From the human T2T-CHM13v2.0 reference genome, Homo sapiens, in assembly GCF_009914755.1 (NCBI RefSeq), contig NC_060925.1: a DNA stretch of 64,000 nt; one strand, given 5' to 3'. Made by a program: the position numbers and the translations under genes. The notes beneath the pieces are model-generated. The model was not told the origin of the DNA and made no database searches. It saw nothing but the letters and a program-made list of their open reading frames with translations. Shown piece after piece: positions 1 to 13,419 of the stretch (positions within the stretch are counted from its first letter, which is position 1; the number at the start of each line of letters is the position of its first letter).

Positions 1-1819
1 CCCATTCATCCCTGACATCTGAATCATCTCTCTATCCACTCATAATGAGTTCTCACAGGTGGACTGTTTGGATTATGCTGATCTACTCGTTATTCTGGCT
101 TGTCTCAGCTGAAGACATTCTTCCTGGCTGTGACTAGTTGGCCATTTTGTCCCAATTTTCCATAAAGTCTTTTATGTTATGTGTAGTTTTCCTTGTGCAT
201 TAACTAATAACATCACACATCAAATTTGAGAAACAGGGAAAACAGGTATAGCTTTATCTCATCCATGAGAATAACATTGCATCAATAAAGTGTTAATGTC
301 TTATCAACAAAATCAATGTCATGCATGAATAATATGGCACTACTAGTTTCCACAAAAGATCAAGACTTAAAGAAAAAATTATTGGAACTTAGCAAAGTAA
401 AAGAAAAAAATAAAACATTACTTCTAAGGACTCTTGAGAGACACCATTTAAAATGTGATTATTTGGTAATCTGGGTGGAATATTTTACCATTTATTATAA
501 AGGCCATATATTTATTTCAAGATGTATTAATAACTTCATATCAGACCATTAAGGATACATTTAAATTCATACCAAATGTCAAAGCTAAAATTGTAAACAT
601 CATCCATCTAATTTCTGAGGATCATGTTGAAATTAATCTGCATGCTTAGCAAAAATAGATTAATTTATATTATTTTTTTTATTTTGGAACTGATACATTA
701 TATCATTTGCCATTACATTAATGTCAAAAATTTTGTGTAATATGTGTAATGCACTTTTTTTCTGTTATCTGTGTCTTTGTTGACATTTTTTAACCTTCAG
801 ATTATAAAACACGAGTCTGATCAGGAAAACATAAAAATGTGTTTGAAATAAATGATTTTGAAATACTTTTTAAAAATAACTAACATTTTACATTTAACTC
901 AGTTCAATTTTTCTTACTGGTTGCATGTTTGACTTGAAATACTACATGAAATATACTAAGCACAATGAATCATTAAGACATAATGTGACAACTAGGGATC
1001 TAACATAGATTTTCTATCTTATTAATGAATGAAAAATACCAAAATTTGCTATAATAATCTATCAAACCAAAAAATTCTTAATTTATTATCTAAAGGTTCA
1101 TATGCTTGAACATCTTACTTATTGTATGTATTATATTATGAAGAGTATAACATAATGACATTATTTGTTGTATTTTAGATTGACAACTCTATATTTTACA
1201 ATCTTTTCTAAATGTCAAGTATAATCACAAAGTGCTAAGAAATAGCATATTTGCTGTTAAATAGAGCTATATGTCAAGCATTTGTAAGAAAGTTTTATTT
1301 GGGATGATGAACGTGGTCAGGATTCTTAATCCAAATTCATGATCAATTTCCCAGGGCTACAACAGATCTTACTAAGCACTGAAGATACATCAGCTACACA
1401 GCACTTTTATTGCTAGGAATATCTTTGACTCCAAATCTCTAGAGTTACCTTCTTTAGTGACTTGGCTGGGCCACATTTCATGTGATAGTTGGTCTTCCAC
1501 ATATAAACTATGAGATTGTATGGCAATAATAGATAATGAGGGGAAAAAAATCTCCCAGAGGATAGAGCCAGAGATCACAGTGGACAATGGACAAAGGTGT
1601 TTCTCTTCTGGCTAACAGCATAACCAGGGCTGAATTCGAAGGCCCTTTAGGTCACATTGTCTCCTATAATTTCATATTTACTATTGAGCAGTGTGTCTCC
1701 CATTTTCTTCATGTCCTCTATAGCCCAGCTTATACACACCCTTTTTGTGAGCTCAGACCAGCTTTTTGAATTAGGCATTTCTAGGCTGTATTAATCACTG
1801 GTAGATACATGCCCCAAGG

Positions 1820-1880
1820 TACATTGCATAAGCTCTCTGAGACTCAGTTTCCTTATATAAAAAATGGAAGTGACAACTCT
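1820..1880 (+). mobile_element. MIR SINE core fragment
   Basis: ctctctgagactcagtttccttatataaaaaatggaagtgacaa resembles the MIR core ctctctgagcctcagtttcctcatctgtaaaatggg. Confidence 0.55.
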
Positions 1881-1939
1881 CCAGATTGTAAAGCAGAGAG
1901 GAAAATCTATGGACTTAAAAACATACCTGCTATCTGGCT

Positions 1940-3749
1940 TGTCATAGTTTGTTCTTACTGCTGTAACAACATACCTTAGATTGCGTAACTTTAAGTAATT
2001 TATAGATAATAGAAACTTTTTTTTTTTTTTTTTTTTACTATTTTGGAATCTGCAAAGTGCATGATCAAATTGCCTGCAGATTCAGAATCTGGAGAGGGCT
2101 GCTCTCTGCTTCCAAGATGGTGGTATTATTGCTGTGTCCTCACAGCAGAAATGAGAGGAAGCTGTCTGAAGCCCCTTTTATAAGAGCATCAGTCCCATTT
2201 ACAAGAGTGGAGCCCTCATGAATAATCACCTTGCAGAGTCCCCACCTTTTAAAACCATTGTTACAGGATCTTCAGGTTGTCACTTTTCTGGCTGGACACT
2301 TCTGTGGCCAGTGGTGCCTTTCCCCAAGTTTTTCTTGGGCCCTCTGGGCTCATTCTGCCCACTCAACCTGGCAGGCTGTGCTCGGCTCACAACACTGGCC
2401 GGGATCCCACACCTGCTGAGGGAGACTAAATGGAATGGTGAGGGGTGTGTGAGTGAGTGTGGGGTCTGTCTACTGTGCAGTCAGACATTCTGACTGCTGC
2501 AATGGGGTAGGAATCTCCAGGTGCCAGCATGAGCACTGGCTCTGCATGAGGCTGCAGCTGGACCAGGTGCACTGCAAGCAGCTTCTGCAGCTGGCACCAG
2601 GAAACATGGTGGGTACCTGGAAACTTGGAGATGCCAGGAACTGCAAGCCCCAAAAGGGAATCAAAGCCCTGGCTTTAGAAGCTCCCAAGTCTTTTGTTAC
2701 AGCTCTTTTAGCCCTATTCAGTGGGTCCCAACTTCTTGTCCTGCACCCAGGAAGAATGAGTTACGCAGACAAGTGGAGGGTGAGCAAGACTTCAAGGAGT
2801 TTCATTAAGTGATAGAACAGCTCAGAGGAGAGCCGCACTGGGTAGCTCCTTTCTGCAGCCAGGGTATCCTTATGATTGTTCAGCTCCTAGCAGACAGGAG
2901 ACCATGAAGTGGGAACTTACTGCAGGAAGGTCACCCCCTCATCTTCCCAGCTCTCAGCAGTGAAGAGTCCCTGGAGTGGGTAGCTCCTCTCTGCAGTTGG
3001 TCGTCCTAACATCTGCTGAGCTCTAACTGAACGTGGGGCTTTTATGGGCCTTGGAGGACCCATGGGCAGCCATTGGCGGGCCTGGAAAAGGCACCACAAG
3101 TCCCCACTCTGGTTCACAGGATGGGAAGCCCGGGTCCCAGCCTTCAGGTCCTTGTTGGGCCCACTCCAATGTCTGGGGCAGGGGGGATATCACCACAAAC
3201 TTCCCCCCATTGCCCCGGTGCTCGGGGCAGCCCAGGGTGGGGTGGATGATGAGACCCAGGTAGTCAACAGAAGTGTCAGGCTCAGGAGTCACTCCAATGT
3301 GGGGTGGACCCTGGGGAAGTGACCCCAAATGGCCTCACACAGAGCCTCCTTCAGAGGCACTGGAACCTGGCACCCTCAGCGGGGTGGGTGTAGTGGCTGC
3401 ATCATTGGCTGGGTCCCTAAAGAAGATGCCACTCCCACTTCCTGCCCTGGGCATAGCACCCACACTTCGTGTGCAAGCGCAGCACTGCCCTGGGCCCAGC
3501 TCCACCTCAGGGACTCTGTCTGCCCAAGCTCGCTCTTTTCTGCTGGTGGCCAACCTGCCCTGGCCCCATCACAGCAGCTCCCAGGGCGGTGGGCTTTGGT
3601 GGTCTGTCCGCCTCCTCCCTGCACCCTCCCTTAAGCAGCTGGCATGATGGTAGTGGCGCTACAGACAGTGCACTGCTGCCATTACCATCACCTTGAAAAT
3701 TAGGTTTTAAATTTAGTTTTGGACAGACACATAAATTCAAACCATAACA
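1940..3749 (-). mobile_element. MLT1A/MSTD-type MaLR solo LTR split by a MER52 insertion (pieces 1940-2258 and 3685-3749)
   Basis: TG...CA ends; tgctgtaacaacatacc, tccaagatgg, gccctcatg..aatcacc, then resumes ccatcaccttg..ttaggtttt..accataaca; near-TSD tggct (1935-1939) / tagct (3750-3754); internal T20 at 2017-2036. Confidence 0.8.
2259..3684 (-). mobile_element. MER52-family ERV1 solo LTR (~1.43 kb, GC-rich)
   Basis: Starts tgttacaggatc..ctgtggccagtggtgcctt; contains gggtagctcct repeats and cccaggaagaatgag; ends ctgccatta; 4-bp TSD CCAT at 2255-2258 and 3685-3688. Confidence 0.9.
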
Positions 3750-5029
3750 TAGCTACTGAAAACTGACACTTTTTTATTATTGTAATTATAAAAATCCAAA
3801 TTGCTCATTTAATTCAAACAATGCACTATTTATAAAACTGTTAGTTTTGTACAATTTACCCTCTGTATTTGTCATTTTAGGTCAAAACTCTAATGTAAAA
3901 CGTGGTTTCATAAGAAGTCTGTACAAATAGGCTTAGTTGTAAAGGAAAAAAATACACTACATAAAAACTATTTTATTTTGCCTAAATATTTATGCAAGAA
4001 CTTACAAGTCACTAATAAAACGTGATTAATGTTCAGAATTTGTATGTTAAAACAATGCTCATTTAATTGGGGGAGGTGCGTGCCCTTCTATGAATTAAAA
4101 TAACTCCTTTCACAGAGCTTTTATGCACATACATATATGCTCTTTGTCTGTAGTCCAAGGAAGTATTTCATACATGACTAACGATTACCCCTTTTAAGAA
4201 CTCATTGTGCCCACACACAAACCCTATTCTAGCTACATCCCAGAACCTCCACCTCTGTGGTGCTAACATGCATAATCTACATTGAATTATTTTGCTCATT
4301 TTTGTAAGTAGTAAATAGAACACAAATGCATTAATATGAAGTTTCTGTCTAAATTGACTGGAATAGAGAGTATGCAGTGCAGCCTTGACTGATAACTTGA
4401 ACTCTATTTGTTCAGTTTCCTGTATCTTCTCATGGTTGTGTTAAAAGATTATAATTGACTTTAAAGTGACAATTCTCTCTCTCCATAAAGAGTTCAGTTC
4501 ACATTATTTCTTTTATTTTCAGTTTGTCTTGAATTTACAAGACAACAATTTACAAAAAACAACAAAGAAAATTGTATTTGGTTCTACTCCCTAAAGAGAG
4601 TGAACATCCTTCCTTTCATAATTTGTTTTCTTTCCACTGGAGTTCTCCGTTCTGATTTTTATTCCATTCTCACATTTGTGATAAATATATATTATTTTTC
4701 TTTACTTTCTTTATAGTTTTGTGAGTATAACACTCATCAGGTTAAAGCTTACTGACCTCAACTCATTGTTAAGATTGTTTTGAATGTCTAACATTTTACT
4801 TAATCATTAAAATAATTTCATGTTTTTAAAATATTTTTAAACACTAACTGATATAAGATTTTTTAAATAGAAATTTTATTTTAATCATGGAGAAACATTT
4901 GGTTAATATGCAACGTTAACATCTAAAAGACCACATCAGAGCAAATAAAAAAAAAAGATAAAAGATTCTCAATCTGAGTTAATGAAGACATTGCAGATTA
5001 ACATATGAATATTTGAAACAACATTCATT

Positions 5030-5200
5030 CTTTCATGTGGGGCAGTTAAGAACACAGGCTTGGGTCCAAAGTCACATGGATTTGAATCTTGAAATAAACC
5101 TAGTAGAGTCGGATTCTAAGCAAGCTGCTTCAACTCTTGTCTTAGATTCATAATCCGTAAAATTGAGGTGAAAAGTGACAATAATGTTAATCACCTTATA
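5030..5200 (+). mobile_element. degraded MIR
   Basis: gcagttaagaacacaggct..ggatttgaatc..aagcaagctgcttcaactc..tccgtaaaattg pattern. Confidence 0.45.
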
Positions 5201-5295
5201 AATTTTAATAAAATACACATATTTAAAATATTTCTGGATCAGAAAAAGTTCTTGTTATTAATGTTGTGATCATTATGATGAGTAGTCAATGGTAA

Positions 5296-5629
<334 letters not shown>

Positions 5630-5701
5630 CTACTGTATGGTACAGATTTAAAAGGAATACACTCCAATTTGTGGTATTCTCAGTCAAAACAGGAGGGGTC
5701 T

Positions 5702-6196
5702 TGTGAAGCAGGTTCACTGTGCTCAGGTATCAATCTCAGAAGAGGACTCTACTCACCCATACCAAGCACCAATCTAAATCCACTTGCATAAGTCACAAGA
5801 GACTGAATATTCATACAAAAATTTAAATCAAGCAACTTTTTACTCACAGGCAATAATGGGCACTGGAAGCATATGTTTCATGATGAGCCTATCCCTCAAG
5901 ACTCAGCAAAGCTGCTCAAGGCAGATGGAGTTGTGTCTGCAAGTTCTCACACTGCACTGTAGCTGAAGGACCCTGAAAGTGTGCTCTGCATTGTATTTTA
6001 TACGCAGGGGCAACTTGGCCTCTGGGCTAAAGCATTGCAGGTCACTCTGTTCTAGCAGGGATGGGAACACAGCCTGGGCTATTTGGGCCAGTTCCTCTTT
6101 ATTTTAGGATGTTGCATTCTCAGCACATTCTGAAAACTACAGTGAGAAAGGAGGGAAGAACTGGACCACCAAGGTCATTTGAGAATTAGTCCTGCA
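5702..6196 (-). mobile_element. ERVL solo LTR, LTR53-like
   Basis: Ends tgtgaagcaggttcactgtgc and gagaattagtcctgca; internal ggatgttgcattctcagcacattct and ctgggctaaagc. Confidence 0.75.
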
Positions 6197-6214
6197 CTCT
6201 GGAGTCTGAAAAAA

Positions 6215-6780
6215 ATACTCATTCTTTCATTAAGTACTTAATGAGGGCCTAGTATGTACCTGAAACTGTAGTAAGTGAACAAAAATCCATGTAGTCTTTT
6301 CCTTCACGAACTTATAATCTAAGAGAAGAGATAGACATATGTGTGAAATTTCCCACAACTACTTCCACCTAGTGAAACCTTCAACAAATATTGAACATTC
6401 ATGAGTTATTAGGCACATTCAAGATGCTGCAGATGCAGTAGTGAGCAAACATGGACAAACGTATCTGTTGGACATGTGAGTTGTGCTGTCTGAAAATACA
6501 CCAAATACATAAAATATGCAGTGTTAAGTGATGCAAAGAAATGAAGCATGGGAGAGGGTAAAATGAGAAACGTGCAGGTGCCAATTGGGGGTGTGACCTA
6601 ATTTTGGTTTCCCTGGAGGGTTCTTTAATAGGGTTAGTATTGAGCCAGTATATAAAAGAGTAATTGGGATTACCAGGCAGAGAAAGGAAAGAGCCTTCTA
6701 GGCAGAAGAATCATGCGTGAAAATGTCCTGTGGTAGAAGATGACACTAGCACTCGGAAGAACAAAACAGTTCTTGTGGTT
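6215..6780 (-). mobile_element. Two adjacent L2 3' fragments
   Basis: cattctttcattaagtacttaatgagggcctagtatgtacc and ttcaacaaatattgaacatt..gcagatgcagtagtgagcaaac resemble reverse L2 3' ends. Confidence 0.55.
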
Positions 6781-7029
6781 TGCTAAGAAAGAGCAATATC
6801 AGAATTTCTTTATCAAGTCCTTATTACTGTGTGCTTTTAAGGTTTCACTGCAGGCTATTCCATTCATTTCTGTGTTGTATATAGGTCTACTCAGACTGGC
6901 ATTGGCTTCTTTCATAACTACCTTTCCATAACTAACATAAATAACAGAGTTAATACTTTGTATACCTACAAAATTCATCTATTCTATGTCTGTTGCTCTT
7001 ATAATTCTGTTTTCTCCATTGTAAAGAGG

Positions 7030-7250
7030 CCAGACTCCAGAGTTACGCTGGTTGTGATGTCCATGTGTAATACTTATTAATCATATAACTCAGACAAATG
7101 ACTGACTCTTTCAGAGACTCATTTTCCTGACCCATAAAATGAAAGGCAATAATGTTATTTATTACACACTATTGTGACGTTAATATGACAGAATTGTGTG
7201 GGATGATGCATTTAGCACAGTTGTGGCATCATAACCAAGCATTCAGAGGT
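7030..7250 (+). mobile_element. MIR
   Basis: gacaaatgactgactctttcagagactcattttcctgacccataaaatg..gcatttagcacagttgtggca. Confidence 0.6.
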
Positions 7251-8468
7251 TTGTGACTTTTAATGAACATAGTAATAGGATTAATAATATTCCTATTGCA
7301 ATACAATAGATTTAACATAAGAACTTCAGGTGATCTAACTTCCATAAGCAACCTTTTTCCTTTCTCATTCTTCTTGAATTATTGGTTTAGTACACAAAAC
7401 AAAATATTTTACATGGATAATTGCCTGGACATTTTCCTCTTTCTTTTGCGGTTGTTGTTGAGTCCCTAAGATATCTCTATTTCTTCCTGGGATAAAAATT
7501 GCCTAATAATGAAAAAATGTTCTCTTGTTTAGCGGCACCTATCATAGCAAGGACTAACTCACTGTTTCATGACTACCAAATAGAAAACTAAAGGATTTTT
7601 TTAAAAAAATTATCTTTGAAGCTTTTTGGCTCTGTCCTGCATAATGAAACCTGCATAACTAACATTCAGAGTAATGATGTGTTACTGCGTGAATGAACAT
7701 AAAGACAATGTTCAAATTTTATTCAATGGAATATCAAAAAGCTTCAAATATAAGTTACCAAAAAACAGAATGACATTATGAGTTATTCCTGGAAACAAAA
7801 TTTGTAACCTTCTGTGGCCATAGTGACAATGATCTCTATTATTAAATTTTAATAAGTTAACCATTTTAAATTTCAATAATACATATAAACGAGCTATCAG
7901 TGAAAGTGTCCCATTATTTCAGTGAGACATTAACAAAGGTACGTATTATACATTGTCATACTATTTCTCAAAAACATTATTTTTTACTCCTTATGACATT
8001 CAATTTTACCATTATGCACACACTGAATTCACGTCTCTTTCCAGAAGCAATGAAATTTTCATTTTAAATCTCATGGGTACAAATGTAAGGTCAAGCAGGT
8101 GCCAAGATGATCTGAAGCAGGCCAGATCTATTAACTGAAAGTGGTGCTTGATATTTCTTATCCTGGGTGATGGAATGAGCTTCCATTGCTAACTGAGAAA
8201 TCTCTATCTAGTAATAATAATACCCCTAATTTACTGATTTTCCTTTGAGGATGAATTTAGATGTAAAATATACATAATTGGATTTAAATAATTGAAACCG
8301 TTTTGTTCCTTCTGAGAAAATAACAATCTTAAGCAAATATTATCTCTTCTGAAAACTGGCAGAAGGCTGAAAAAATATATTAATGTTCTTTCCAGTTATT
8401 TTGAGAATTCTGATTGTAAAATAAGAAGACTCTAGTAAAAAACCACATTTGAAAGCACATGTAGAAAT

Positions 8469-8882
8469 GGATATAGTTTAGATATTGCCTCACCCAAATC
8501 TCAAGTTAAACTGTAATCTCCAATCCTGGAGGTGGGGCCTGGTGGGAGGTGTTTAGATCATGGGGGCGGATCCCTCATGGCTTGGTGTTTTCTTTGCAAT
8601 AGCGAGTGAGCTCTCAAGAAATCTGATCATATAAAGTGGGGGCAACTCCCCCTCAACTCTCTCTCTCTCTGTTACTCCTGCTTTCACCATATGAAGTGTC
8701 TGCTCTCCCTTTGCCTTCTGCCATGATTTTAAGCTTCCTGATGTCTCCCTAGAAGCCAAGCAGATGCCAGCACTATGCTTCCTGTACAACCTACAGAATG
8801 GTGAGCCAGTTAAACCTCTTTTCTTTAGAAATCACTCAGTCGCAGGTATTTCTTTACAGCAATGCAAGAATGGCCTGATACA
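8469..8882 (+). mobile_element. MST (MSTA1/MSTB-like) MaLR solo LTR
   Basis: gatatagttt..cccaaatctca..ggaggtggggcctggtgggaggtg..gaagccaagcagatgccagca..agcaatgcaagaatggcctgataca. Confidence 0.9.
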
Positions 8883-9879
8883 TATAAAGATATTACTATC
8901 TTTAAAATAGTTCATGTAAGATGCTGTGGTATTTTTATATTTCTATGATGCCACCTTGCATAAAATAAATTATGAACATACCCTTACTCTCCTTATAGTA
9001 TTTGATTACATTGAAATCTGTATCTTGTGGGAAATTTTAATATTTTGACACAATCTAAAGGCACTAAAAGCTCATGTTTAATAAAAATTGATAGAATAAA
9101 TTGAAAAAGGAAGAATAAAAAAGTGAATTAGAAAGGTGGATAATACTGTTTTAAATAAAAATGTGTCTGTTAAGAAAGAAAAATATTTCCAGAATTCAAA
9201 CCATATTTGGAGAAAATACATTGAAAGAAAATATTAATTTATTATTGCAGAGGTAATATAAGTACGTAGCAATTTGATATGATTACAGTGCCCCACCGAA
9301 AACATGCTTAAATTAAATTTATATGTATTTTATAAACATAACTAAATTTTAATCATATTTTTATATACTCAAATGAAAGGTTTACAGTGGGTTTAATTTT
9401 AAAACATCAGATCAAGTATATGCTGAAATCCTCTTCTTCTATTCACTTCAGATACACCAAAATGATAGCCCACACATAAAAGAAGAATGAAAAATGTCAG
9501 AGTCCATGTTGTAGAAATCTGTAGTGGAAACCAAACAAACAGAAACAAAAAAAAAAAAACCACAATTATGAACCCCAAACTTTGAGGAACTCTTAAACTC
9601 AGTGGTCTATAGAACCTAAGAGTTAAATTAGAATTTACTCATGTGGCTGGGATCCAAGATCTTGAGGACTGTGCAGGGCTCTGTAGGGCTAGGGAACAAA
9701 CCTGTACAACACACAGTCATGAAACTGGATACTAGAAACTCTATACCTACTATGAGGGACAAAAGCAGTATCCCTTGCCAAACCAAGGTTTATGTGGCAT
9801 TAGTGCTGGAATAGAAAAGTAGCCTGAAAAACATAACAGAGAAACAATAGCTGCAGCAGTAAGTACTCATATACAGTCA

Positions 9880-11020
9880 TTTAATATATCATGGGAGAGC
9901 ATTGTTAATCAGTTTGATAAAAATGTAATGATCCATAAAAGTTACTGGGAAAATGGGTATCCATCGTGGTTTATAATGAAACTGGATTTCTACTTTACAG
10001 ACTAAACAGTAGCCAAGATTGATGATATAAATACCAAAGAGTATAAAATCTTTGGAAAATAACATACAAGGATGTCTTTATAACACCAGTGTAAGAAAAG
10101 ATATCTTAAATAAGGCACAGCAAGCACAAATCACATAATGAAGAAGAGTGAACTGAGCTACATTATACTAAGAACTTTTGTTTATTTAAAAAAACCATAA
10201 AGTGAGTGAAAAAATACAGGCAGTATATTTTTATAACCTATATGTGGATTTTTAATAAGCAAAATGATATTTAGTATTTATAAAACCAAAAAATTGTTTA
10301 GTATTCAGAATGTATATTAAAAATTGAGTCCTTAAGAAATAAAAAAGAACAAAAAGACAAACATGACCAAGCATGCCACATAAATACAATTATGAATGAC
10401 CTCACATATATGACATGATGCTCAAATTTAGTAAGAATTATAGAAATGCTAATCACAACAAAAGTGAGATGTTATTTCACAGTTATCAGATTAACACAAA
10501 TTAAATATGAAAATATCAAAATTGCTAAATTTTGGAGCATTTAACATGAGAGATTATAAGCACCTTGCACAGTTAGTTGGAAATGTTTAGTAAAATGCGC
10601 ATACCCAGTGGTTTCATAATTGCATTACTCCAAGAAAACACAAGCACATATGCTCATACCTATGTACATGAATGTTTACCATAGCATTATCCACAATAGA
10701 AAAAAATAAGGAACAACTCCAATGATCATAAGTAGTAGAATGGAAAGATAAATTGCATTATTTTAACAAAAATGGAACCATTTACCACAGTGAAAACAAA
10801 TGAATTAAAGCTGAATTAGTTAACATGGCTGAATCTCAATAGTACAAAACTGAGTTGAAGAAGAGAGTCACAGAATAATATGTGAAGGATTTTCACCTCT
10901 ATAATCACACACAGGCCAAAAGAAGAAAATATTGTTTAGGGTCACATGAATATAGTAAGTCTAAGAAAGCAAAGAATGGAAGTAAGTCACAGATATCCAA
11001 GTTTGTAATTGCCTCTGTAA
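9880..11020 (+). mobile_element. old L1 (L1ME/MC-like) ORF2 end and 3' UTR remnant
   Basis: Degenerate L1 motifs: tactgggaaaatgggtatcca, gaaactggatttctac, gaaatgctaatcacaacaaaagtgagatg, catgaatgtttaccatagcatt. Confidence 0.65.
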
Positions 11021-12152
11021 GAAGGTGTCACTCTGGAGCCTAAAATGTTAAGGAAATGGAAAATATTAACTAAATATTAAGATTATGGGAATGACAATAA
11101 CCTTCCTTGTCAGTGGCAGACACCATATGACTCAACAGTGTATGAGTTTTAGATCCTAATATGAATGATTGAAATATACAAATTCATAGTTAATACAATG
11201 TGTTTATATCTCAATAAATATTTAATAATATACAGCTGATTTTTCTGAGCTAGCTAAAATGTATTTATTTCACTTATTTATTTCAGGTTTCGGTATACTT
11301 TATAAATGCATTGTTTGTCACTAAAATCTAATTGATAGTATAAATGTATAAATACACTAGGAAAATAAAAACTAATGGTTAATTTCTGTTTGTTCCCCCC
11401 TAATAAAATCATCTACTAGGTATAATTTATAGAACTATTGGAAGAACTCATTGTGAGCTCTGCTGGAAAAGTCAAACAAAGATTTGTAGTATATATAAAA
11501 TAGCTACATGCAATTTTTATATATCCATATTAACATTGTTTAAATCTCATAGACTTTTAATTAAGACCCTGAAATAAACAAAGGTCCTATTAATTTTTCC
11601 TTTGTAAAATAAAGCAGATAAAATGTTGCTTAGCAACTGTACCAAAGAGCACTTTGGTATATCATTCACTAAATAGCAAACTTATAGATGGATAGATAGA
11701 GATATAAGTCGTGATATGGAGATAGAGACATATAGATAGATGCTACATGAAAGAATTAAAAAGTCATAAATTCCTTTCTCAACCTCTAAAGAAAAAAAAT
11801 CATCATAATACCATCATTGCCTAAGATAGAGAGATTTCCTTAAGGTGTGTTTTATTTTCCGATTTTTTTCTAGACTTTTAAAATTTATAATTTCTTTTGT
11901 GGAAACCATTTCTCTCTCCTTTTCTAGCACAGACTTGGTCCCACACAAGCTAAAGTCGGTCCAGTTTCTACTATACCCACGCAGTCTTCAAGGGCTACCT
12001 GAAAATTAAGAATAATATAGCAGGCAGCCCAGGCAAGACAAGACCTGAAATGTGTCATTTTTTGAAAAACTGAATGTGTAGAATTAGCAAGAAATTAAAA
12101 CATGTAAGATAGGATAAAATCTTACATATTAGACAAAACATATATATATATA

Positions 12153-12287
12153 TTTGTTTGTTTGTTTGTTTTGTTTTTTTGAGACGGAGTGTCACTCTGT
12201 CGCCCAGGCTGTAGTTCAGTGGCGCGATCTCGGCTCACTGCAAGCTCCTCCTCCCGGGGTTCATGCCATTCTCCTGCCTCAGCCTCC
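12153..12287 (-). mobile_element. 5'-truncated AluY-type (right-arm 3' part only) with (TTTG)n tail
   Basis: gagacggagt..gcaagctcc..ttcatgccattctcctgcctcagcctcc, then abrupt stop. Confidence 0.9.
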
Positions 12288-13099
12288 AATAAATATATTT
12301 TTAAACAAATATATTCTTTTTTAGTTTAAAAGAGGTCTCTCTTTTTAGTTTAGCTTCTTTAGTTTAGCACAGCCTCTTTTTTAGTATAACCAATGAAAAT
12401 CATGATGTAATAAATTTTTAAATTGAGAATACATACAGTATACTCATGTTAGATTTTTGGGTTTACTCAAACTATATGCCTGTTTATTGTTTTTCTATGT
12501 CACTGTGAATATTCTTCAGAAAAGTTTAAAGCAGAGAAATTGATAGTAACAAATAGGAAGGAAGGCAATCAGTTGCATAAGAGAATAAAAATTTGCTGAT
12601 TTCTAAAATTTTAAAAAACTGAACTCATATTTCTTGCTTTCTATAAAAGTGTTCATGGGTTGGCAATAATAAAAAATAAAACTTGCAACTACATAGTCAA
12701 AAATTATTTTTCATTTAAATAAGCTATATGTTATAAATAAAATTATATAACATAATTAAAAATAAGATTTCTTTATAAAACAAATTAAAACATATTCCTA
12801 ATCATATATCTGATTTCTGGAATCTGGGTCACATACCTGTATTCTATTTTAAAGGAAGGAAAAAAAATGCAAATTTCCATTTTCCTAAGGAAGCAAATAA
12901 CAATGTGGGAACACTTCCCAAATAAAAAGGGTATTCAAAACACATACAGAAAAAAAAAGACATATGATTAACGGCTAATGTCTGCTCCTTGTTCAATATA
13001 AATGTGCACCTCTTTTTCGTACTTAAACATCCCACAAATAGCAAAAACTATAAAACCAACAACAGTGAACTGCTCACACCCTAAGAAATGCAATTATTT

Positions 13100-13340
13100 G
13101 AGAAGTAGTTTGGTATAGTGGCTATAAGCATGATATTTATATTTAGATTGCCTTTAAAATTTAACAGATATGTGCCTGAATAACATATGTAAGTCTACAG
13201 CATTCAGTTTCTTTACTTATGTAATGGAAAGACAACAGCAAATACATCATGTGGTTCTCATGAGAGTGAAATGAATTTTTCCATATGGATATCATTCGAA
13301 CACTTTGTACACACCAACTACTCAGTATGTTCTAGCTCTT
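13100..13340 (+). mobile_element. MIR
   Basis: agtagtttggtatagtggctataagca..cattcagtttctttacttatgtaatgg..tctcatgagagtgaaatga. Confidence 0.55.
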
Positions 13341-13419
13341 ACTGTTTTACTCCATATAGATTATAGATATATATCAGGATCATGGCTTTAGGGAGAAAAT
13401 GTTTGCAAGTATCATCCTA

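Noticed and set aside
2218-3740. Dense cluster of overlapping 60-124 aa ORFs
   Set aside because: They fall in the GC-rich MER52 LTR, where stop codons are rare; no recognisable protein.
12102-12127. 9-bp hairpin atgtaagat/atcttacat (similar short palindromes at ~11640 and ~54190-54230)
   Set aside because: Expected by chance in 64 kb of AT-rich DNA.
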